Position numbers and translations under genes: made by a program. A stretch of DNA of 64,000 nucleotides from an uncultured Thermoleophilia bacterium. Lineage in GTDB: Bacteria; Actinomycetota; Thermoleophilia; UBA2241. Shown here piece after piece: positions 9,168 to 18,613 of this stretch. The notes beneath the pieces were generated by a model. It did no database searches and was not told the origin of the DNA. It saw only the letters and a program-made list of their open reading frames with translations. The DNA lies in NCBI GenBank assembly GCA_963702475.1, contig CAVPCT010000006.1, positions 128,001 through 192,000 of the forward strand. Reading direction: 5' to 3'. Each line of letters begins with the position of its first letter. Within the stretch, counting starts at the first letter, position 1.

Positions 9168-10402
9168 CGTCGCCCCAGTATGGTCGAGGCCAGCGCGCCG
9201 GGCCACCGCGTCGTGAACGCCTCCGGGAGCGGCGCGACCAGCGCGACGACGACCGGCAGCCATACGCCGGCCACGAGCCCGAATGCGAGCGGCGCGAGCC
9301 AGTACCAGGCGTGCACCACGGGGAGGCACGCAACGAGGATCGTGAGGGTCCACGCGAAGGTGCGCGCCGTCTCCCCGCGTCCGCGGTAGCGCCGTGAGAG
9401 CCACACCGTGCCGGCCAGGAACACGAGGAGGCAGACGAGCTGGGCCACGCGAGCCGGGGCGACGTAGGCAAGCAGCGAGAACAGCAACGCCGTCCCCGTC
9501 CACTCCGTGCCGGCGGCGGCCGCGCCGCCGAACACCCCGCCCACGCCATCGCCGGTGAGGAGATAGGGTACGCACGGGAGGACGAACCCCGGGATGAAGC
9601 CGGCGAGCAGGCGGCCGGGCCGCGCCCGGCCGCCCACCAGCGCCGGCAGGAGCAGCGCCGCCGGCGTGAGTTTGAATGCCGCCGCCAGCCCCAGAACGAC
9701 CCCGGCCTGCCAGTCGCGCCCGCGCACCAGCAGCCCGGCCGCGAGCACGGCCAGGCCTACCGCCACGATCTCGAGGTGGGCCGACTCCCACGTCTGCAGG
9801 ATCACCGCCGGGCACAGCAGGTAGAGGACGGTGGCCTGCCTTCGTCGCCGCGCGTCCGCGAGCCACCAGATGGCCGCCGCCGTGAGCAGGTCGGCGGCCC
9901 CGACGACGAGCTTCCACAGCACCACGCCGCCGCGGACGGAGTCGGCTCCGGCGGCGCCGGCCGCTCGGGCCACGCCCAGGAACAGCACCTCCGCGAGCGG
10001 CGGGTAGACGGTCCGCAGCTGCGGATGGTTGACCAGCGACCGGAGCTCCGCGGCACCGCCGCCGGTCACACCGTCCAGCCGGGGATCGGCCGGCGCGTAC
10101 AGGTACGGGTCCGCGCCGGCGCGCTGTACGTGTCCGTCCCAGAGATAACGGTACACGTCGTCGCTCAGGCTGGGCGTGCCGGGCAGAAAGACGACGCGCA
10201 GCAGCACGGCGGCGACGAGGGCGCCGCGCAGCGGCAGGCTCGTCGCCGCGGTCGCCAGCAGGCCGAAGCCGGCGAGCGACAGGCCGTAGAATGCCCACAG
10301 CCGTCCCGCGTGCAGCAGCAGCTCGCCCGACAGCGCGAGCCCGCACAGGCCGGCGGCCAGCAGAGCGAGACCAAGGTAGGCGCGCAGGCGTGGACGCTTC
10401 AT
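9164..10402 (-). CDS. GT87/DUF2029 GT-C fold membrane glycosyltransferase
   Basis: SDDVYRYLWDG, TVYPP, HLE, K(L)TP and HAWY motifs; many TM helices. Confidence 0.85.
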   Translation of the reverse strand: MKRPRLRAYLGLALLAAGLCGLALSGELLLHAGRLWAFYGLSLAGFGLLATAATSLPLRGALVAAVLLRVVFLPGTPSLSDDVYRYLWDGHVQRAGADPYLYAPADPRLDGVTGGGAAELRSLVNHPQLRTVYPPLAEVLFLGVARAAGAAGADSVRGGVVLWKLVVGAADLLTAAAIWWLADARRRRQATVLYLLCPAVILQTWESAHLEIVAVGLAVLAAGLLVRGRDWQAGVVLGLAAAFKLTPAALLLPALVGGRARPGRLLAGFIPGFVLPCVPYLLTGDGVGGVFGGAAAAGTEWTGTALLFSLLAYVAPARVAQLVCLLVFLAGTVWLSRRYRGRGETARTFAWTLTILVACLPVVHAWYWLAPLAFGLVAGVWLPVVVALVAPLPEAFTTRWPGALASTILGRR

Positions 10403-11118
10403 CGGACCCAGACTACTTCATCGTCGTGCCGATGCTCGACGAGGCCGAGGCGCTGCCGGCGCTTCTCGTTGAGCTGCGCGACCTGCGGCTGCTGGACCGC
10501 ACCCTCTTCGTGGACAACGGCTCGCGGGACGGCGGACCCGACTTCGTCCGGGCCGCCGGCGCCGAGCTGCTGCGCGAGCCGCGGCGAGGCTACGGGTACC
10601 CGTGCCTCACCGGGGCGCGCGCAGCAGCGGCCCGCGGCGCCCGCGCCGTCGTCTTCATGGAGGCCGACGGCACCGACGACCCGGCGCAGGTGCCGGCCCT
10701 GGTCGGGCCGGTGCTCGCCGGCGTCGCCGACCTCGTGATCGGCTCGCGCCGCCAGGCCGTGCGCGGCGCGTCGGCCGGCCACATGCCGTGGCACCAGCGG
10801 CGCGGCAACGACTGGCTGGCCGCCAGCCTTTGGTTCTGGTTCGGCCTGCGGCTCAGCGACGACGGCCCGTTCCGCGCCGTGCGCCTGGACCTGCTGGAGC
10901 GTCTGCGCCTCGAGGAGCGCGCCTACGCCTATCCGACGGAGATGGTCGTGAAGGCGCGCCTGCTCGGCGCGCGGATCGCGGTACGCGACACCCGCTACCG
11001 CCCGCGCGCCGGCCGCTCCAAGATCGCCGGCACCTGGCGCGGCACGCTCGGTGCCGTGTGGGACATCTTCTGGTGCCTGTTCCGCCTGCGGCTGTGCGGC
11101 TTTCGCCCCGGCCCGTGA
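10390..11118 (+). CDS. GT2 glycosyltransferase (polyprenol-phosphate glycosyltransferase-like)
   Basis: VVPMLDE, VDNGSRDG, RGYG, EADG, VIGSR, YRPRAGRSKI. Start at GTG 10390 is my estimate. Confidence 0.85.
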   Translation: MDASSDPDYFIVVPMLDEAEALPALLVELRDLRLLDRTLFVDNGSRDGGPDFVRAAGAELLREPRRGYGYPCLTGARAAAARGARAVVFMEADGTDDPAQVPALVGPVLAGVADLVIGSRRQAVRGASAGHMPWHQRRGNDWLAASLWFWFGLRLSDDGPFRAVRLDLLERLRLEERAYAYPTEMVVKARLLGARIAVRDTRYRPRAGRSKIAGTWRGTLGAVWDIFWCLFRLRLCGFRPGP

Positions 11119-11156
11119 CGGCCGTGGGGCACGGCGGCGGACAGCGCGCAGCTCCG

Positions 11157-11648
11157 TCAGTAGATAGGCAGCCGGGGGTGCGGGTTCCTCTTCGCGAACC
11201 GCGCGTCCACGCCGAGCGTCCGCCCCGCCTGTCCCAGGGCCACCGTCAGACACAGCGCGAACATGAGGAGGTACGTACCCGGCCATTCCGTCGGGATGCC
11301 GGACGTCGCCACGAGCAGGTTCAGCTGGAATCCCGCGGCCAGCAGCCCTGCCACCGGGGTGAACACCCCGAGCACCAGGAACAGGCCGAACACCACGAGT
11401 TCGATGACGAGCTGCCCGTAGGCGAACACGGCCGCGTTGGGGATGAGCACGTCGTTGAGGATGTCGGCGTAGAGGCCGACCTTCGTGGTGTCGGCGTACT
11501 TCTGCACGAACTCGGCCCAGCCGTCGGGGGAGTAGTAGCCCTTGATCAGGTTGTCGGTCCACACGGCGAGGAAGATGGCGCCCATGAGGATGCGCAGGCT
11601 GGCGAGCATCAACTCGTTGCGTGACTCGCGTGTCGCCCAGAGTCTCAC
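11157..11648 (-). CDS. DoxX/DoxD-family membrane protein
   Basis: GGGAGG RBS before GTG 11648; LRILMG, ELVVFGLFLVLGVFT, AGRTLGVDA motifs; about 4 TM helices. Confidence 0.75.
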   Translation of the reverse strand: MRLWATRESRNELMLASLRILMGAIFLAVWTDNLIKGYYSPDGWAEFVQKYADTTKVGLYADILNDVLIPNAAVFAYGQLVIELVVFGLFLVLGVFTPVAGLLAAGFQLNLLVATSGIPTEWPGTYLLMFALCLTVALGQAGRTLGVDARFAKRNPHPRLPIY

Positions 11649-11758
11649 GATAGGCCTCCCGTGCCGTACCTTGTGGCGGCAGCGTACCCGGCAGGGCGGA
11701 AGCTCACGCAGCGTCCGCCGTGCGCCGTGTCGCGCCGCCGTCGCGGTGCGTCCAGTGC

Positions 11759-12025
11759 TCAGCCCCCGGCGACCGGGGTGACGAGCTCCAGGAGGTCGCC
11801 GTCGCTGAGCAGTGTGTCCTTGGCGGCGATAGGCGAGAGGTGGGCGCCGTTGAGCACGACGCTCACGAGGAGGCGGTCGTTGTAGAAAACGCGCGGGCTG
11901 TATCGCGGGCTGCGGGTGACGAGGTCGCGCAGGGCCTCGTTCACCGTGGCTCCCTCGCACTCCACGGTGGAAGGGGGCTCCGGCGAGGTCAAGATCGCGG
12001 GAAGGCTTACGCGGATGCTGGCCAA
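11759..12025 (-). CDS. MoaD/ThiS/CysO-like ubiquitin-fold sulfur carrier
   Basis: GGAG RBS before TTG 12025; 88 aa; GATVNEAL, VLNG, LSDGD and C-terminal VAGG. Confidence 0.85.
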   Translation of the reverse strand: MASIRVSLPAILTSPEPPSTVECEGATVNEALRDLVTRSPRYSPRVFYNDRLLVSVVLNGAHLSPIAAKDTLLSDGDLLELVTPVAGG

Positions 12026-12174
12026 GGCTTGCTCCGTTGCTCGAGAGACGTCACAGGGAAGTATGCCACGGAGGGTGGCGTCCGGCAGGAGACAGCGGGC
12101 GGCTTCGGGCTTCCCTCGAGACTGGCCGGGACGCAGGTGCCGCGGCCCTTCCGCCGGCCGTAGCCGTTGCGGCG

Positions 12175-12199
12175 ATTGTTGACTTGCCATGTAGGGTAT
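12175..12199 (+). promoter_or_regulatory. Candidate cysK promoter/Rrf2-family (IscR/CymR-like) operator
   Basis: ATTGTTGACTTGCCATGTAGGGTAT contains a TTGACT -35-like hexamer; AT-richer than its surroundings; about 50 bp upstream of cysK. Confidence 0.35.
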
Positions 12200-12250
12200 G
12201 TCGTGTTTTACTCTGCCCAAGGAGTCACACAGACCAAGGAGACCGACACC

Positions 12251-13198
12251 GTGAGGATCGCAGACGACATCACCGAGCTCATCGGTGGCACCCCGCTCGT
12301 GAGGCTGAGGGGTATCTCGGAGCGCTCCGGCGCCACCATCGTCGGCAAGCTGGAGACGTTCAATCCCGGCGGCAGCGTCAAGGACCGCATCGGGTTGTCG
12401 ATGCTGGACGCTGCGGAGGAGCAGGGACTGATCGCACCCGGCGCGACGACCATCGTCGAACCGACGAGCGGCAACACCGGTATCGCCCTCGCGATGGTCG
12501 CGGCCGCACGCGGCTACAAGGTGCTGCTCACCATGCCGGAGACGATGAGCGTGGAGCGCCGTAACCTGCTGCGTGCGTACGGCGCCGAGCTCGTCCTCAC
12601 GCCCGGGCCGCAGGGCATGAAGGGCGCCATCGCCCGGGCCACCGAGCTGGGGGAGGAGATCGAGGGAGCCTTCATCCCTCAGCAGTTCGAGAACCCCGCC
12701 AATCCGGAGGTCCACCGTCGCACCACGGCGGAGGAGGTCTGGAACGACACCGACGGTCAGGTGGACGTCTTCGTGGCCGGTGTCGGCACCGGCGGCACCG
12801 TGACCGGCGTGGGCCAGGCGCTCAAGGAGCGCAAGCCCGAGGTGTACGTGGCGGCGGCCGAGCCGGCCGACTCGCCGGTGCTCAGCGGCGGCGACCCGGG
12901 CCCGCACAAGATCCAGGGGATGGGCGCCGGCTTCGTGCCCAAGGTGCTCGACACCGCGGTGTACGACGAGGTGGTCAAGGTCACCAACGACCAGGCGCTC
13001 GAGTTCGCCAGGGATCTGGCCTCGGAGGGCGTGCTGGTCGGCATCAGCGCCGGCGCGAACGCCTACGCCGCGTACACGATCGGCAGCCGACCCGAGCATC
13101 GCGGCAAGCTCATCGTCACCGTGATGTGTGACACCGGCGAGCGGTATCTCTCGACTGTGCTGTTCGCGCAGCCGGAGGCGGCGCCGGTCACGCCGTGA
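12251..13198 (+). CDS. cysK: Cysteine synthase A
   Basis: NPGGSVKDR (PLP lysine), [36 protein letters not shown]. Confidence 0.95.
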   Translation: MRIADDITELIGGTPLVRLRGISERSGATIVGKLETFNPGGSVKDRIGLSMLDAAEEQGLIAPGATTIVEPTSGNTGIALAMVAAARGYKVLLTMPETMSVERRNLLRAYGAELVLTPGPQGMKGAIARATELGEEIEGAFIPQQFENPANPEVHRRTTAEEVWNDTDGQVDVFVAGVGTGGTVTGVGQALKERKPEVYVAAAEPADSPVLSGGDPGPHKIQGMGAGFVPKVLDTAVYDEVVKVTNDQALEFARDLASEGVLVGISAGANAYAAYTIGSRPEHRGKLIVTVMCDTGERYLSTVLFAQPEAAPVTP

Positions 13199-13220
13199 CG
13201 GCGGCGCGCGCCTCTCACGC

Positions 13221-14357
13221 TCAGTAGCCGTGCGGCGCGGGAGCAGGGCTGCCCGCGGCCGAGAGCGCCCGCACGACCTCGCGCGTCTCGCGGGCGATCT
13301 CCAGATCCTCACGGGCCGCGATCACCACGGCGCGCGCGGCCGCGCCCGGTGCGCCGATCTCGCGGTCCGGCGGCCCGGCTTCGTTGCGTGCGGTATCCAG
13401 CTCGACGCCGAGGAACCCGAGGCCGTCGGCGGCGCGGCGGCGAACCTCCGCGCCGTTCTCGCCGACACCCCCCGTGAACACCAGTACGTCGAGCCCGCCG
13501 AGCGCAGCCGTCATGCGGGCGATGCTGCCGCGCAGCCGGTGTACGTAGACCTCGAGCGCCAGGGCGGCGTCGGCGTCGCCGGCCGCCGCCCGGTCGACCA
13601 CCTCGCGCATGTCGGGCGTCCCGGTCATCCCGACCAGGCCAGCCCCGTTCGTCAACAACGCACCCACCTCCGCGGCCGACAGCCCCAGGACTTCCTGTGC
13701 CCAGAGCAGCAGGCCAGGGTCCATGTCGCCGCAGCGGGTCGCCATCATGAGACCTTCGAGCGGGGTGTAGCCCATCGTCGTGTCCACGGAGCGGCCGTCG
13801 CGCACCGCGGCCAGCGATGCGCCGGCGCCCAGGTGGCAGGTCACGATGCGCAGGTCGCACACATCCGCACCAACCAGTTTCGCGGCGCGCCGCGATGCGT
13901 AGGCGTGCGAGAGCCCGTGGAACCCGTAGCGCCGCACGCCCCAGCGCTCGGTCCACTCCCGGGGCACCGGGTAGACCGACGCGGCCGGTGGCAGGTGCGC
14001 GTGGAAGGCGGTGTCGAAGCACGCGACTTCCGGCAGGTGCAGGAAGACACCGCGGACGGCGTGGATGCCGGCCAGTGCCTTGGGCTGGTGGAGCGGCGCC
14101 AGCGGCGTCAGCGCCGCGATGCGCTCGGTGACGGCGTCGTCGAGCAGCACGGGCTCGGAGAACTCGGCTCCGCCGTGCACGACCCGGTGACCTACGGCCT
14201 CGATGCCGCCGACCTCGTCGAGCGCACCGGCGATGACGGCCGAGTCACCCAGGCCGCGCGGCGCCGGCAGGAGGCGGTCGGCGACCAGGGTACCGTCCTC
14301 GTCGAGCACGCGCAGCTTGAGGCTGCTGGAGCCGGCGTTGACGGTGAGGACGCGCAT
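13221..14357 (-). CDS. ackA: Acetate kinase
   Basis: NAGSSSLK, GHRVVHGG, FDTAFH, RRYGFHG, HLGAG, FTGGVGEN. Confidence 0.93.
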   Translation of the reverse strand: MRVLTVNAGSSSLKLRVLDEDGTLVADRLLPAPRGLGDSAVIAGALDEVGGIEAVGHRVVHGGAEFSEPVLLDDAVTERIAALTPLAPLHQPKALAGIHAVRGVFLHLPEVACFDTAFHAHLPPAASVYPVPREWTERWGVRRYGFHGLSHAYASRRAAKLVGADVCDLRIVTCHLGAGASLAAVRDGRSVDTTMGYTPLEGLMMATRCGDMDPGLLLWAQEVLGLSAAEVGALLTNGAGLVGMTGTPDMREVVDRAAAGDADAALALEVYVHRLRGSIARMTAALGGLDVLVFTGGVGENGAEVRRRAADGLGFLGVELDTARNEAGPPDREIGAPGAAARAVVIAAREDLEIARETREVVRALSAAGSPAPAPHGY

Positions 14358-14430
14358 CAGGGGCGGGCGGATCCGGCTCGCCGGCGTCCGCCCGGACCGC
14401 TGGCGACGGTGCGGGCTAGCGAGCCGGCGC

Positions 14431-15852
14431 TCAAGCCGCGCCTCCGGCGATCGCCTTCTCGGCGCCGGTCAGCGTCGCGTCGACGCGCGCCAGGAGGTCG
14501 TCCAGCACCTCGCGGTCCGCCACGAGCGGGGGCGAGAGCATGAGCATCGCCGGACCCCGGTCGTCGGCGCGCGTCATCAGGCCCTTCTCCTTGAGCAGCC
14601 GCGGCAGCAGCTCACGGCACACGGCCGCCTTCTCCTCGGGGTCGAACTCGCGTCCGGTCTCCCGGTCACCCATGAGTTCGAGACCGTAGAAGTAGCCGCA
14701 GCCGCGGACGTCCTTCACGATGTGGTGGCGGGCCGCGACGTCGTCCAGCCCGCCGCGGAAGTACGGCTCGAGGGCGAGGACGCGGTCGAGCACGCCCTCG
14801 TCGCGCATGGCCGTGATGTTCGCGACGGCCACCGCCGTGGAGAGCGGGTGCCCGCCCCACGTGACGCCGTGCGTGAACATACCGATCTGCGAGTCCAAGA
14901 GGCGGTCGATGAGGGGCGTCCGTACGATCATGCCGCCGAGCGGCGCGTAGGCGGAGGTCACGCCCTTGGCGAAGGTGATGAGGTCTGGCTCGGCGCCGAC
15001 TCGGTACGAGCCGAACCAGTGACCCAGCCGGCCGAAGCCGCAGATGACCTCGTCGGCGCACAGCAGTATCCCGTACTTGTCGCAGAGCCGCCGGAGCTCG
15101 GCCCAGTAGCCGTCCGGCGGCGCCATCACGCCGCCCACGTTCTGCACCGGCTCGGCGATGAGCATGGCCACCGTCTCCGGACCTTCCTCGATGATCGCCT
15201 CCTCGATGGCCCGCAGGCAGGAGAGCTCCGTCACGGGAACGTCGCCTTCGTTCTCCCAGCCGAGGGTGTTGGGCACGTGGCGGAACCACGGCAGCAGCGG
15301 CAGGAAGGGGGCGCGGAACTGGGGGATGCCGGTGGCCGACAGCGCTCCGAGCGTGGTCCCGTGGTAGGCCATGAGGCGGCTCAGGATCTTGATGCGGCCC
15401 GGCTCGCCGTTCGCCTGGTGGTACTCCCGCGCGAACTTGATGGCCGACTCGTTGGCCTCGGAGCCTGAGTTGACGAAGAACACGACCTCGAGGTCGCCAG
15501 GCGCGAGGTCGGCGATGAGAGCCGCGGCCTCGGCCGCCGGCGGGTGCGCCGAGGCCCAGTTGGTCGCGTACGAGAGCTGCTTCATCTGGCGCGCCGCGGC
15601 CTCCGCTATGTCGGCGCGCCCGTGCCCCATGTTCACGCAGAACAGACCGGAGAGGCCGTCCAGGTATCTGTTGCCGTGGTCGTCCCACAGGTAACAGCCT
15701 TCGCTGCGCTCGATCATCAGCAGCTCGGGGCTGCGCCACGCCGTGGCGCGCGTGAAGTGCTTGCCCAGGTGGGCGCGCGCCTTGTCGCGCGCGCCGCTCG
15801 ATTCCCGCCGCAGGTCTGGAGTGGAGCGGTGATCCGCAGTCTCACCGCTCAT
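14431..15852 (-). CDS. tpa: Class III aminotransferase, probable taurine:pyruvate aminotransferase
   Basis: NSGSEANE, YHGTT, DEVICGFGR, AKGVTS; ATG overlaps the xsc stop; lies within the taurine operon. Confidence 0.75.
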   Translation of the reverse strand: MSGETADHRSTPDLRRESSGARDKARAHLGKHFTRATAWRSPELLMIERSEGCYLWDDHGNRYLDGLSGLFCVNMGHGRADIAEAAARQMKQLSYATNWASAHPPAAEAAALIADLAPGDLEVVFFVNSGSEANESAIKFAREYHQANGEPGRIKILSRLMAYHGTTLGALSATGIPQFRAPFLPLLPWFRHVPNTLGWENEGDVPVTELSCLRAIEEAIIEEGPETVAMLIAEPVQNVGGVMAPPDGYWAELRRLCDKYGILLCADEVICGFGRLGHWFGSYRVGAEPDLITFAKGVTSAYAPLGGMIVRTPLIDRLLDSQIGMFTHGVTWGGHPLSTAVAVANITAMRDEGVLDRVLALEPYFRGGLDDVAARHHIVKDVRGCGYFYGLELMGDRETGREFDPEEKAAVCRELLPRLLKEKGLMTRADDRGPAMLMLSPPLVADREVLDDLLARVDATLTGAEKAIAGGAA

Positions 15853-17615
15853 ACGGGCGCCACCGGCGGCTTCTCGAAGTGCTCGACGTCGAGGTGCTTG
15901 TAGCGCTCGAGGAAGCGCCTGGGGAAGTCGAGCGCGTCGCGCCGGAAGGGCTCGGCGAGCTCCTCCGGGTCGACCATGACCTCGACCACCGATGGCCGGC
16001 CGGAGGCGATGGCGCCGGCGTAGGCCTCGCGCAGGTCGCCCGGGTCGGTGACGCGGATGCCGTTGGCGCCCATGGCCTGCGCGATGGCGGCGAAGTCGAA
16101 GCCGCCCACGCCGTGGCCGATGTTGCCGCCCACGTAGCGGTCGTCGTAGAAGTCGATCTGGTTCTTCTTCTCCGCGCCCCACTGCTGGTTGTTGAAGACG
16201 CAGGCCACCACCGGCAGGTCTTCCTCGACGGCCGTCATGACCTCGTAGAAGCTCATGCCCCAGGCGCCGTCGCCCACGACCGCGATGACCGGCCGGTCCG
16301 GGGCCGCGACTTTGGCGCCGAGCGCGGCCGGATACGCAAAACCGCAGTTGCCGAAGCCGAGCGCCGGCAGGTACGAGCGCGGCTGCTCGAAGTGAACGTA
16401 GGCGTTGGCGGTGGAGCAGATGTTGCCGATGTCGCTGGTGACGATGGTGTTCTTCGGGAGCGCCGCGGTGAGTTCCTTGAGGGCGCGGCGCGGGCTGATG
16501 GGCGTGGCGTCCGAGGAGGACATGGCGTCCAGTTCGTCGGCCCAGGCCTTCTTGGCTTCCAGGATCGCGGCGAGGCTGGCCGGGTCCGGCTCGCGCACGC
16601 CGCCCTGCTTCGCGATGAGCCTGTCGGCGATCGCGGCCGCAGCGGCTTTGGCGTCGCCGATGATGCCGACCTCGATCGGCTTGATGCGTCCGATCTGGAA
16701 CGGGTCGACGTCGACCTGCACGATCTGCGCGTCCTTGGGCCAGTAGTCCATGCCCCACTGCGGCAGCGTGCCGAAGCCGCTGAGGCGGGTGCCCACGGCG
16801 AAGATCACGTCCGCCTGCGAGATGAGCCGCATGGCGGCCTTGGAGCCCTGGTAGCCGATCGGCCCGACGGCGAGCTCGTCGCTGCTCGGGAACGCGTCGG
16901 TGTGCATGTAGGTCGTGACGACCGGGGCGCCGAGCTGGCGCGCCACGCGGCGCACCTCATCGGCGCCGGCACAGTCGGTCACACCCGAGCCGGCGAGCAC
17001 GACGGGGTGCTGGGCTGAGGCGAGGAGGTCGGCGGCGCGGTCGAGCGACGCCGGGTCGCCGGCGCCGTATGACGCCGCGCGGTAGTTCTTCGGGTCGAGC
17101 AGCGTGGTGTCGATCTCCGCGTAGAGGTAGTCACGCGGAACATCCACTTGCACGGGACCGTGCTCGGCCAGAGCCACCCTGAAGGCGGTGCGGAACGACT
17201 CGGCGATGCGGTCGGCGCGCGGCACCTGAACCTGATACTTCGTGATGGTGCGGAAGATGGGCAGCTGGTCGGCCTCCTGGAAGCCGTCCTTACCGCGGTC
17301 GCTGGACATCACGGACGGGGTCACCAGGACGAGCGGGGTGTGGGCGTGCCACGCTGCGGCCACGGCGGTGACCATGTTGGTGATGCCGGGACCGTTCTGG
17401 CCGATGCAGATGGTCGGCCGCCCGGTCACACGCGCGAAGCCGTCGGCCATGTGGGCGGCCGACTGCTCGTGCCGTACGGGGAAGAAGCGGATGCCGGCCG
17501 CCGGGAAGAGGTCAAGCGCGTCCATGAACGCAGACCCCACGATGCCGAACGCTTCCTGCACGCCCTCCAGCCGGAGGGTCTCGACCATTGCTTCACTCGC
17601 GCTCATGTGTGTCAC
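15849..17615 (-). CDS. xsc: Sulfoacetaldehyde acetyltransferase (ThDP-dependent)
   Basis: Xsc-typical motifs GIVGSAFM, QNGPG, SDIGN, GDGAWGMS, NQQWGAEKKNQ and EPFRRDA. Confidence 0.93.
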   Translation of the reverse strand: MTHMSASEAMVETLRLEGVQEAFGIVGSAFMDALDLFPAAGIRFFPVRHEQSAAHMADGFARVTGRPTICIGQNGPGITNMVTAVAAAWHAHTPLVLVTPSVMSSDRGKDGFQEADQLPIFRTITKYQVQVPRADRIAESFRTAFRVALAEHGPVQVDVPRDYLYAEIDTTLLDPKNYRAASYGAGDPASLDRAADLLASAQHPVVLAGSGVTDCAGADEVRRVARQLGAPVVTTYMHTDAFPSSDELAVGPIGYQGSKAAMRLISQADVIFAVGTRLSGFGTLPQWGMDYWPKDAQIVQVDVDPFQIGRIKPIEVGIIGDAKAAAAAIADRLIAKQGGVREPDPASLAAILEAKKAWADELDAMSSSDATPISPRRALKELTAALPKNTIVTSDIGNICSTANAYVHFEQPRSYLPALGFGNCGFAYPAALGAKVAAPDRPVIAVVGDGAWGMSFYEVMTAVEEDLPVVACVFNNQQWGAEKKNQIDFYDDRYVGGNIGHGVGGFDFAAIAQAMGANGIRVTDPGDLREAYAGAIASGRPSVVEVMVDPEELAEPFRRDALDFPRRFLERYKHLDVEHFEKPPVAPV

Positions 17616-17734
17616 GCTGCATCACTCCTGTCATCCGTCGGCCGCCGGCGCTGTCGCGCCCGCGGCCCGGTTGCCTCGTCTGGTGGTCTGGTGGGGCGGC
17701 TCACTTGCGGCCGCCCCCCGGTCTCCGTGTCAGT

Positions 17735-18613
17735 CTAGGACGTCGCGCCGATCTTCGCGCCGATCTCGGCGCGGTACTCCGTGAACTCAGGCATGAGCAG
17801 CGCCTCGCTCACGGTCTCCACCTGCCTCGGCAGCCTGACGGGCTCGTCGTACACCACGTGGCCGGGGCGGGGGCTCAGTACCACGACGCGGGTACTGAGG
17901 AACACGGCCTCCTGCACGCTGTGGGTCACGAACACGATGGTCTTGCCGGTGGCTTCCCAGATGATCTTGAGCTCCCCCTGCAGGCGTTCCCGGGTGAGGG
18001 CGTCGAGCGCCCCGAACGGCTCGTCCATAAGGATGATGGCTGGGTCGTTGGCGAGGGACCGGGCGATGGCGCAGCGTTGCTGCATGCCGCCTGAGAGCTC
18101 GTACGGGCGCTGCTCGGCCACGTCGGCCAGGCCCACCATCTCGAGGTAGTGGGACGCGATGTGGTGCCGCTTCTCTCTGGCCACGTGGGCCATACGCGGC
18201 CCGATCTCGACGTTGCCGCGTACCGTGAGCCACGGGAACAGGGTCGGCGCCTGGAAGACCATCCCCCGGTCCGACCCGGGGCCCACGACCGGCACCCCGT
18301 CGATCTCCACGCTGCCCTGCGTCGGCGTGAAGAACCCGCCGATGAGCTTGAGCAGGGTGGTCTTGCCGCAGCCGGACGAGCCGACGAGGCAGACGAACTC
18401 GCCCGGCTCTATGGTGAGGTCGACGCCGGCCAGCGCCGGCGTCGACCTCTTGTCCTTGCCGAAGATGTGCGTCACACCCCGGACGTCGATGCGTTCGGGG
18501 TGTGACAGCGATTCATGGGGGAGGCCGGCCCCCCCGCGCTCGGAAGCGGGGGGGCCGGCGGCGTCGCGAGGGGCTTCAGGGGTGGCGCCCTCTGGAGAAG
18601 CGGCGTCCGTCAC
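17735..18613 (-). CDS. tauB: Taurine/sulfonate ABC transporter ATP-binding protein
   Basis: GSSGCGKTT, LFPWL, LSGGMQQR, MDEPFGALDA. Confidence 0.88.
   Translation of the reverse strand: MTDAASPEGATPEAPRDAAGPPASERGGAGLPHESLSHPERIDVRGVTHIFGKDKRSTPALAGVDLTIEPGEFVCLVGSSGCGKTTLLKLIGGFFTPTQGSVEIDGVPVVGPGSDRGMVFQAPTLFPWLTVRGNVEIGPRMAHVAREKRHHIASHYLEMVGLADVAEQRPYELSGGMQQRCAIARSLANDPAIILMDEPFGALDALTRERLQGELKIIWEATGKTIVFVTHSVQEAVFLSTRVVVLSPRPGHVVYDEPVRLPRQVETVSEALLMPEFTEYRAEIGAKIGATS
18524..18559. other. 14-bp-stem hairpin just downstream of tauA, within the low-complexity 5' end of the tauB ORF
   Basis: GCCGGCCCCCCCGC-(8 nt)-GCGGGGGGGCCGGC; could stabilise the tauA part of the mRNA. Confidence 0.4.

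Noticed and set aside
7248-10346. 1032-aa ORF as one giant protein
   Set aside because: The first 393 codons are an Arg/Ala/Gly-rich off-frame read of the GT87 gene; the real start is the coupled ATG at 9167.
12026-12174. SAM riboswitch upstream of cysK
   Set aside because: Only short fragments (ACTGGCC, GGTGCC) resemble it; the P1 and core pattern are not evident. An Rfam scan would settle it.
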